From an uncultured virus (IMG/VR IMGVR_UViG_3300010352_001343) (Duplodnaviria; Heunggongvirae; Uroviricota; Caudoviricetes): DNA of 64,000 nucleotides. Below, piece by piece: positions 57,381 through 64,000 of this stretch (position 1 is the first letter of the stretch; the number at the start of each line of letters is the position of its first letter). The stretch lies in IMG/VR virus record IMGVR_UViG_3300010352_001343; one strand, given 5' to 3'. The notes under the pieces were generated by a model that did not search any database, was not told where the DNA came from, and saw nothing but the letters and a program-made list of their open reading frames with translations. Position numbers and translations under genes: made by a program.

Positions 57381-57440
57381 GATGGTTGAGATAAGGGTGG
57401 GATGTATATGATAATTAAATTATTTTATGTATATTTATAT
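57381..57440 (+). promoter_or_regulatory. repeated phage promoter, degenerate copy 8
   Basis: GATGGTTGAGAT...GGGATGTA...ATTTTATGTATATTTAT. Confidence 0.55.
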
Positions 57441-57513
57441 AATTGCGTGTACATATTAAATAATGTATATACACCGACTAACCCATATTAATAACCTTTT
57501 AAAAATAAACATT

Positions 57514-57945
57514 ATGAAAACCGAAATCGAAGCCTTATTAACTGCAATTGAAACTATCAATGCAATTACACCAGAAACACCAACCATCAATGGATTCCAT
57601 ATTATCTATCGAATCAAAAATCTCTTTATCGATGAGAACAATGATGACGATCACAATATGTATGTAATCAAACTTGAGAACAGGGCCCATTCACTACTCA
57701 TTAGTACTGACAGTGATGATGATGATTCTATCTATTATAACCAAGATGAAAAACTAGGTAACCAAATAATGAAACTTGACCCTAATGTTTTATTACCAAC
57801 TTACGGGCCATGGAAACTAATTGAACAGGGTAACACTCCTTATTCTATCCCAACCATTTATGTAACCTCTAATCAAGACTCATTCACTATTAATGTAACT
57901 GACTACCATATTATAATTACCGTTATACTAAGCGGTATGTACTAA
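57514..57945 (+). CDS. acidic hypothetical protein
   Basis: ORF track; ATG 57514 has the typical A-rich leader. Confidence 0.6.
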   Translation: MKTEIEALLTAIETINAITPETPTINGFHIIYRIKNLFIDENNDDDHNMYVIKLENRAHSLLISTDSDDDDSIYYNQDEKLGNQIMKLDPNVLLPTYGPWKLIEQGNTPYSIPTIYVTSNQDSFTINVTDYHIIITVILSGMY

Positions 57946-57969
57946 TATCTCTAATCCGTTTTAAATACT

Positions 57970-57994
57970 AAGGGCTCTAACCAAGCCCTTTTTT
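57970..57994 (+). terminator. intrinsic terminator
   Basis: AAGGGCT/AGCCCTT stem followed by T run. Confidence 0.7.
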
Positions 57995-58392
57995 CGTGTG
58001 TGCCTACTCCGTTTCAGCGTTTACCATACCTATCGGCAATTGCTAAGGCCTCTATGGGCCATACTGGGGTACCTTAATCCAGTATCAGGCCTAAGATCTA
58101 TCCAGGTACCCATCAACAAGCCATAAAGGCCTCTCTAAAGGCCCAGGCCCAACAGATTAGTAAACTAAATAGTAATGGTAGTATAAGGCCTAGTTGTTAT
58201 TACCCATCTAGCAGGCCAATATGGGTAAAAGCCACAAGGCCATCTAGCAGGTGCCTGTGGGGAATAAGTTAAGGCCCATGAGGCCATGAAGGCCTCTCAA
58301 AAGGCCCAAACCCATCTAGCACGAGGGCCTGCCCATCGGCAATATACCATCTATCTCCCACCTACCAACCCTATCATGTATAAATGTTATTT

Positions 58393-58504
58393 TTAACATT
58401 TATTAACATTTATTAACATTTTTTAACAAAATAATTGATTTTTGTATATATAATATATAAGTATCATTTTTAACATTTTTTAACAAAATAATTGATTTTT
58501 GTAT
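58393..58504 (+). repeat. 10-bp-spaced TTAACA units and a perfect 35-bp direct repeat
   Basis: TTAACATTTTTTAACAAAATAATTGATTTTTGTAT at 58413-58447 and 58470-58504. Confidence 0.9.
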
Positions 58505-58560
58505 TAAAAAAAATATGATATTTGCAGCATAAAACAAACACAATTTAAATTTTTACAACA

Positions 58561-58815
58561 ATGGAAAAAATTAAAAAAAATGAAATTCAAAAAATGATTG
58601 AAAAAACAAACATTTTATTATTGGAGCATGATACAATAAAAAAGCAAATTCAAAACAATTTTGATGAATTAAAAATTGAATTGAATAAACAAAAAAGTGA
58701 AATTGATGTATTCATTTTATTTGAATTAACATATATTAAAACAACGTTATACAAGCAAATTAATCAAAAAATTCGCTTTTATATTCAATCAATAAAACAA
58801 GCGGCAAACAATTAA
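58561..58815 (+). CDS. hypothetical protein (island)
   Basis: ORF track; leader identical to that of the next gene. Confidence 0.65.
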   Translation: MEKIKKNEIQKMIEKTNILLLEHDTIKKQIQNNFDELKIELNKQKSEIDVFILFELTYIKTTLYKQINQKIRFYIQSIKQAANN

Positions 58816-58858
58816 TAAACAAACACAATTTTTTAAAACAATTTAAATTTTTACAACA

Positions 58859-59245
58859 ATGGAACAAAGCAACAACAAAAACAGTAAAAAAATGGAAATT
58901 AATTCTATTTTATCGATAGGAAATGATTTATTGAAATCAAATTCAAATAATCATAAACAGGGCATTTATAAAAATGAATTGTTTATTGATATGAATGATA
59001 GGGAAAAAAAATCGCTTCGCATTAAAAGAAATAAATTATCTTATTTTGTTGAAACGATGTTTGAATATGATAAAACAAAAAACATTGACAAATGTAAGGC
59101 ATTAGCGCAATCATTTGTACAATATTCTACCAATGTATATAACAATATTAATTTATTGTACGAAAATAACACATCATTTCAAAAAGCTTCAAAAATTGAT
59201 GAATTTCGTAAATTGTGCGAACAATATACAAAAGCAAGTAAATAA
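58859..59245 (+). CDS. hypothetical protein (island), paralogue of 51518..51895
   Basis: End-to-end alignment by eye. Confidence 0.7.
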   Translation: MEQSNNKNSKKMEINSILSIGNDLLKSNSNNHKQGIYKNELFIDMNDREKKSLRIKRNKLSYFVETMFEYDKTKNIDKCKALAQSFVQYSTNVYNNINLLYENNTSFQKASKIDEFRKLCEQYTKASK

Positions 59246-59285
59246 GTAAGTATATTTTTGCCGCTAATATACTTTATTTTAATTT

Positions 59286-59317
59286 TAGGGTACAATGTAA
59301 TGTTGTACCCTATTTTT
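59286..59317 (+). terminator. intrinsic terminator
   Basis: TAGGGTACAA/TTGTACCCTA stem followed by T run. Confidence 0.8.
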
Positions 59318-59489
59318 ATATCAAAAATTTATTATATACATGATACCGTCCCCCTTTTTCATTTCCAGGACTTTTTTTAAGCTCTAATATAAGCGGATCC
59401 CCGACTGGTACTACCCACTATCCGACTAATGACTACCTGACTAATGACTACCGAGAGCCCAAAATCCAAAGAATCCAGACCTTTACCTC

Positions 59490-59736
59490 CAAGGCCTTAA
59501 AATCTAACAACCATACATACCACAATGGCCCAAATGGCCCAATAAAATCGAGGATTTCAAGATGAAAAAATTCCTAGATATCTTAGGCCCTAACCATCAA
59601 AATAATCTAAGCCTCAATGGCCCTGAAACCTTGAGCACAAAGAAAGGGCCTTGGGAAGGTAAATGGATACTAAACCCTCCCATTAGGCCCTGGGAAATCC
59701 TAGACCATTAATGCACCTCTATATTAAGGGCCTTAG
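59490..59736. repeat. GGCC repeat field, right block
   Basis: 8 GGCC in about 245 non-coding nt. Confidence 0.75.
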
Positions 59737-59738
59737 GA

Positions 59739-59954
59739 TTATTCTAATATATCAACACCCTTAGGTATTTTTTCTTTGGTACAATCTGGATGAGAACAGG
59801 TAAATATTATACTAATCAACCTACCATGAAAATCAGATGAATAGTCTTCATCTGAAGAAAACTTACAATGGTATCTACACCCATTAGACCCCATCATTCT
59901 ACCATTCATAAATGGGCAATCTTTGAGATTGTCTTTATAAACTTCTAACCTCAT
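59739..59954 (-). CDS. small Cys-rich protein
   Basis: CP......G...C..C...C.H..C pattern. Confidence 0.65.
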   Translation of the reverse strand: MRLEVYKDNLKDCPFMNGRMMGSNGCRYHCKFSSDEDYSSDFHGRLISIIFTCSHPDCTKEKIPKGVDILE

Positions 59955-60184
59955 TTTATTATAGATATTTGTTTAGGTAAAGTATTTTCTGAACATAATT
60001 CATGGTCACAACTTATAATTAAGGCTGTAATACTATTATCACCTTTGGTTGAATAAATATACTCAACACCTTTAGAATATTCACAGAAATGAATACAACT
60101 CCATAAACCTATTGTTCTTTTTTCTTCATAAGGACATTTACTCAATGTTCCTTGACCATTCTTTACTAATAACTTCTTAATCAT
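59951..60184 (-). CDS. small Cys-rich protein, tandem paralogue of 59739..59954
   Basis: Same Cys/His spacing and PK near the C-terminus. Confidence 0.65.
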   Translation of the reverse strand: MIKKLLVKNGQGTLSKCPYEEKRTIGLWSCIHFCEYSKGVEYIYSTKGDNSITALIISCDHELCSENTLPKQISIIK

Positions 60185-60318
60185 GGGCTATTATGTTTTG
60201 TATTACCACAGTATTTACACTCATAGTATGATTCATTTGGGTCTTCAGTATTAACTAAATACATTTCATATTTCCCACAACTATCACAGTATTTTCCATT
60301 TCCAATCTCTTCACTCAT
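60181..60318 (-). CDS. 45-aa zinc-ribbon protein, not in ORF track
   Basis: MSEEIGNGKYCDSCGK...YECKYCGN; two CxxC; coupled to neighbours. Confidence 0.65.
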   Translation of the reverse strand: MSEEIGNGKYCDSCGKYEMYLVNTEDPNESYYECKYCGNTKHNSP

Positions 60319-60500
60319 TATTTTTGTTTTTTAGATATACCTATAAGGTAGATAACTATTGCTATACATAGAACAAAAATAGTCAATATAGAAAATCCTA
60401 ACCTATCATCATGAGACCAATTAATTGGATTAAGCTGTAAGGCCCAGAATGAGATTACTAAATACATTATAACTTCAAATAGGATGTAGCCTATAGCCAC
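60318..60500 (-). CDS. small two-TM membrane protein (start uncertain)
   Basis: Two hydrophobic helices around NPINWS..DR. Confidence 0.55.
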   Translation of the reverse strand: MAIGYILFEVIMYLVISFWALQLNPINWSHDDRLGFSILTIFVLCIAIVIYLIGISKKQK

Positions 60501-60524
60501 TTTAATAAAATCTTACTCATAGTT

Positions 60525-61022
60525 TTATATTGATAATGCGTTAGGGATAACTAAATGTCTAAACCTTTTTGGGATTACACCTTGATACCATAAATTTTTT
60601 GTTACTACCTCGGTACCATCAAGCTTTTGAATATTGAATTGTCTACCACCAAAGCCTTTAAAACCTGGCCCATTACTATCCGGTGAAATAGTATATCTTT
60701 CATAAGTGGTTGTTATAATGGTTGACTTATTATTTTTACTTATCAAGCCTAACCAGATAGAACAGTGTATACAAGTTTCATTATTTAATAGGTTATTAAA
60801 CCTACGTGATGAAATCTGCCCACACTCTTTACAAATAAATAGATCTTCATCTTTAACCAAGTCATCTAATTTATTATAACCAAGACCACATGAAGTTACA
60901 TCATAACCCATTTTATTAAGATACCTATCTTTTATTTCTATACTTTTTGAAATTCTGATCTTAGTGTAAGATTCACCATCTTTTCTAGATCTGAAGGTTA
61001 TTAAATAATAAATCTTACTCAT
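60525..61022 (-). CDS. hypothetical protein with CxxC pairs
   Basis: CKECG..CIHC..W; GFGGRQF; T.NLWYQG.IP. Confidence 0.65.
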   Translation of the reverse strand: MSKIYYLITFRSRKDGESYTKIRISKSIEIKDRYLNKMGYDVTSCGLGYNKLDDLVKDEDLFICKECGQISSRRFNNLLNNETCIHCSIWLGLISKNNKSTIITTTYERYTISPDSNGPGFKGFGGRQFNIQKLDGTEVVTKNLWYQGVIPKRFRHLVIPNALSI

Positions 61023-61480
61023 AGTGTTTTTTCTTTTTCAAAAAGTGTAACATACAGAATACCATTATACTGGTCATGTTTTGGGTACTCTTTTAAACCT
61101 TCATAATTTGGATTAGGGTCATGGACAATGTTAAAATCTTTATCAATTACCACTGCATGAAGAACTCCATTAAATTCACCTTCTTGGTTATATTTTGGAC
61201 TGAAAACAGTGGCGAAGAAGAATCCATTTATTCCTTCTGAAGATTTTATTGTTTCTAATGATAAATCTTCTGGAGTAGTATTAAATTTGATTAAATTATA
61301 TCTAATGCCTCTAAAGAGATAACCTTTATTAGATGTGTAGTTTAGAAATTCTTGCCACCAATCTTTTAACTCTATAAAATTAGGTACATTTTTAATATCA
61401 TCTTCAAATAATGAAGCAACCACTGCCCTCATACAATCACCATGGCCTTTGGTTGTATTTTGTTGGAAAACTTTTTTCAT
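61019..61480 (-). CDS. putative papain-fold (C39-like) peptidase
   Basis: Q......GDCMRAVVASL ... HAVV......VHDP. Confidence 0.55.
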   Translation of the reverse strand: MKKVFQQNTTKGHGDCMRAVVASLFEDDIKNVPNFIELKDWWQEFLNYTSNKGYLFRGIRYNLIKFNTTPEDLSLETIKSSEGINGFFFATVFSPKYNQEGEFNGVLHAVVIDKDFNIVHDPNPNYEGLKEYPKHDQYNGILYVTLFEKEKTL

Positions 61481-61893
61481 TATTGTAATGGAATTGGTTT
61501 GAAATCACCATCATCAACTTGACTAATTTTCTCTTTATTCTTCACATCCATTTGTTTAAAAATAACCTCTTTAATCTCTAGTAACTTAGTTATCTCAGAA
61601 GTGATATAGTTATCATATTTAATAGTTTCCTGTATTTCCCTCTCTAAAGAGAGGATATAAGATTCATTTTCTAACCTTACAGCATCCATCCTATAAATAT
61701 TACCCTCAAGAATACCAATTATATTGGTTTTGGCATAAATAACTTCTAATGGTATCAAAGGAATTTGAGAAATACATTTTGACTTGGCGTCATCATAAAC
61801 TTTGTCTAATTCATTATTAGAAACTTTAGGGATTACAAATTCACCTTTTTCGTTTAAAACTTCATCTAATTGTTTTGGTCTTTCAATTTTCAT
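61480..61893 (-). CDS. hypothetical protein
   Basis: ORF track. Confidence 0.6.
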   Translation of the reverse strand: MKIERPKQLDEVLNEKGEFVIPKVSNNELDKVYDDAKSKCISQIPLIPLEVIYAKTNIIGILEGNIYRMDAVRLENESYILSLEREIQETIKYDNYITSEITKLLEIKEVIFKQMDVKNKEKISQVDDGDFKPIPLQ

Positions 61894-61912
61894 AATTTTA
61901 TTTTTTTAATTG

Positions 61913-62188
61913 TTAATCACCTACCGGTATATTTTTAACACTGACAATATCAGAGCACTCAATATGATAAATTTTATCTTCACCTATGGCTTTTATAATA
62001 TAAAAATCAACAAAAGCTTGTTGTCTACAATCTCTGGTTCCAACCTTTGAATCTGGAAATTCATTATAAATTTGTTTATTACTCATACCCCTATACTTAT
62101 CAAGTATACAACCAGTTTTTAATCCACCATAACCATCTTTAAATGTTACTATCATGGTTTTAATATTTAAACCGTTTACTTCAATCAT
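61913..62188 (-). CDS. hypothetical protein
   Basis: ORF track; ATG at 62188 preferred. Confidence 0.6.
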   Translation of the reverse strand: MIEVNGLNIKTMIVTFKDGYGGLKTGCILDKYRGMSNKQIYNEFPDSKVGTRDCRQQAFVDFYIIKAIGEDKIYHIECSDIVSVKNIPVGD

Positions 62189-62204
62189 AATTTTAAAATT
62201 TAAA

Positions 62205-62289
62205 AACAAGCCAAACGCTGCTTCCTAACATTTACCAAACACCTATGGTGCTGTCGCCTTGGCTTCTACAGTCGAATTACTGGCTTGTT
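62205..62289 (-). other. candidate structured intergenic element
   Basis: 9-bp terminal inverted repeat AACAAGCCA/TGGCTTGTT enclosing two small hairpins; GC-richer than flanks. Confidence 0.4.
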
Positions 62290-62299
62290 ATGTTATTAA

Positions 62300-62641
62300 C
62301 TATTTTTTATTCTGTCTATTTCTTTCGATAGTTATCATCTCAGCACCAGATAAACTATGGTGATTATCAATTTTAGATGCAATATGTTTCTGTAAAATAG
62401 CTTTTTCTATTACTGATATCATATCAGAAACCGTTGATGAACTTAAGAATAGATTTTCTAAGTATAAACCTTCTAAGTTTAGATTAAAAAAGTTTTCTAG
62501 ATTAAGCATTACCTCCACTTTATCAAGTGAATCTAAACCTAAATTATCTAAGGTTGATTCCAAAGGAATGTCTATATCATTTGGTAATTCAATACCTAAT
62601 TTCTTTTTAATCTCTATTAATACTGCTGCTGTTGTGTCCAT
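62300..62641 (-). CDS. acyl carrier protein-like
   Basis: LDNLGLDSLDKVEVMLNLENFF (phosphopantetheine Ser in DSL) and TVSDMI. Confidence 0.8.
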   Translation of the reverse strand: MDTTAAVLIEIKKKLGIELPNDIDIPLESTLDNLGLDSLDKVEVMLNLENFFNLNLEGLYLENLFLSSSTVSDMISVIEKAILQKHIASKIDNHHSLSGAEMITIERNRQNKK

Positions 62642-62650
62642 TATTCCTTT

Positions 62651-62806
62651 TTAAATAAATTTCCAATGACTGGTGTGATAACCACATTTTTTACATCTCA
62701 TATATACCTTAGTACCTGATTTTACTTCAAAATCAGTGTATTGTTCTTCTACTACAAAGTCATGTTTACAAAAAACTTGTCGTATGTAATTTATTATTGC
62801 TCTCAT
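62651..62806 (-). CDS. 51-aa zinc-binding protein, not in ORF track
   Basis: FCKHDF...RCKKCG. Confidence 0.65.
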   Translation of the reverse strand: MRAIINYIRQVFCKHDFVVEEQYTDFEVKSGTKVYMRCKKCGYHTSHWKFI

Positions 62807-62812
62807 AATTTT

Positions 62813-63094
62813 TTATTTAGTACAATTAAGTTCTCTTATAGTATAAGTTGATAACGTTGTCCAGCCACTATGTTCATCGTAGTACCTAATACTACCATTA
62901 TCTAAATAGATAATTTCTTCTGTAGTACGACAAGCCCCATCTGGCCAGATATTTTCATTAAAAATAACATACTTATAAGGTTTACCATTAGAATCATGGC
63001 ATTCATCACAACTAACTGTACTGACTAATATTATAATTAAGAGTATTAAAATTTTAACTCTAGTTAATTTTTGTTTTTTGTTATATTTATTCAT
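62813..63094 (-). CDS. putative lipoprotein
   Basis: Basic N-terminus, hydrophobic core, VSC lipobox. Confidence 0.6.
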   Translation of the reverse strand: MNKYNKKQKLTRVKILILLIIILVSTVSCDECHDSNGKPYKYVIFNENIWPDGACRTTEEIIYLDNGSIRYYDEHSGWTTLSTYTIRELNCTK

Positions 63095-63136
63095 ATTTTA
63101 ATAAAATTAAGTTCTAGAAATTGATAAAATAGCTAT

Positions 63137-63379
63137 TTAATAATCACCATTTGGTGGATTAGATGTATCTAAATTATCTAAAGGCTGATATCCAGATAGT
63201 ATTATTGTTTTTGGTTTTATGGGCTCCGGTTTATTAACTAGAGTCAAATTAGTGCCATCTTTAGGAATATAATTCTCAAAAGCATCTTCAACAATTAATT
63301 CAGTTGCGACATCTTCATAACCTTCCCAAACATCTAAATCAATCTGTAGTAGTAATGGTATTTGTATAAAATGGCTCAT
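63137..63379 (-). CDS. acidic hypothetical protein
   Basis: ORF track. Confidence 0.55.
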   Translation of the reverse strand: MSHFIQIPLLLQIDLDVWEGYEDVATELIVEDAFENYIPKDGTNLTLVNKPEPIKPKTIILSGYQPLDNLDTSNPPNGDY

Positions 63380-63381
63380 AA

Positions 63382-63885
63382 TTACCTAGTTTTATTTAAA
63401 CCATTAATAGCTACCCATCTCTCATCCAATTCTTTAGCTTTATCCAAATACCATTTTTCTTTAGCTAGATCCTGATTAAAATCATCTTTAAGACCAAGTC
63501 TTAAACGATATTTCATAGCTGTCATAATACAAAAGTCAATAGTTTTTTCTAAACCAAAAATCCCAATTAACATATCAATAACTTCGATGGGGTATTGGTT
63601 ATAATGTGCTGGATGGTTTACTTGTTCTTTATCAGTTTTTAATTCATTAAAAGCTTCTCCAAGTTTTTTAATGCTTTTAACCGGTGATGTTATACTTGGT
63701 GGAATCGAATTAGTTGAACCCATACCAACTGAAGTTGGTGTATGTGGTATACTTTGAACTGATTTACCTCTTTCACCACCTAACCGTTGGTCTACCTTAG
63801 TTATTTTTTCTTCTAAAATGACTGGTTTTTGATTTCTCTTAGAACCTGGTTGTGGTCCTCTTTTCTTTTTTACTGGTGTTTCCAT
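63382..63885 (-). CDS. DUF3310-family protein (T7 gp1.7 nucleotide-kinase-like)
   Basis: VNHPAHY....IEVID...FC...AMKY..R.G.K....QDL.K..WYL. Confidence 0.8.
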   Translation of the reverse strand: METPVKKKRGPQPGSKRNQKPVILEEKITKVDQRLGGERGKSVQSIPHTPTSVGMGSTNSIPPSITSPVKSIKKLGEAFNELKTDKEQVNHPAHYNQYPIEVIDMLIGIFGLEKTIDFCIMTAMKYRLRLGLKDDFNQDLAKEKWYLDKAKELDERWVAINGLNKTR

Positions 63886-64000
63886 TTTACTGTTGTTTAA
63901 TTCTTTTTTAAAAATCTCTATAGCTCTGTCTAATTTTAGTAATTGAACACTGTTACTGATATCAATCTGTTTGTAACAACCAAATTTACCCTTAATTACT

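Larger units (their letters stand above)
56850..58330. repeat. dispersed (A)AGGCC(C) repeat field, left block (interrupted by one gene)
   Basis: About 37 GGCC tetramers by hand count. Confidence 0.85.

Noticed and set aside
56850..58504. Possible CRISPR array
   Set aside because: No constant-length repeats separated by unique regular spacers, and no cas genes
62205..62289. tRNA, tmRNA or a known riboswitch/ribozyme
   Set aside because: Lacks a cloverleaf and CCA end, and does not match consensus cores I can recall; kept only as an unassigned candidate
1..64000. Stop-codon reassignment
   Set aside because: Core genes are intact in the standard code, and TAG (for example 31687) and TGA (for example 55683) both end genes at sensible boundaries

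Overview
An AT-rich segment of a large tailed-phage genome with a contractile tail, in the standard genetic code. The host is inferred to be a Bacteroidota member, from TAnnTTTG promoter boxes and A-rich leaders without Shine-Dalgarno sequences. Layout: end of a tail-fibre module with a CpG-richer foreign block (1-2.5 kb); lysis genes (2.5-4 kb); neck, sheath, tube, tape measure and baseplate genes (4-18.6 kb); a lone minus-strand sigma-factor-like gene; a replication, nucleotide-metabolism and recombination operon (19.4-39.3 kb); a long run of small putative early genes behind a repeated promoter motif (39.3-59.3 kb); a mostly non-coding GGCC-dense region surrounding a compositionally distinct island (56.3-59.7 kb); and convergent minus-strand small genes. 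The 19.4-39.3 kb operon carries DnaB, primase, SF2 helicase, dUTPase, an all-alpha dNTP pyrophosphatase, two thymidylate-synthase-fold paralogues, PolA, GroES, SSB, RecA, a 5'-3' exonuclease, a kinase, SbcCD, a resolvase and a NusG paralogue. I recognised no capsid, portal, terminase, integrase, tRNA or CRISPR array. The strongest candidates for new biology are a probable cytosine-modification pathway built on two Asp-specificity TS paralogues, a phage transcription-control set (NusG paralogue, sigma-like proteins, two repeated DNA motifs), the GGCC/island region, and possible antisense-to-start-codon small RNAs. All protein calls come from motif recognition by eye, not database searches, and all counts are approximate hand counts.
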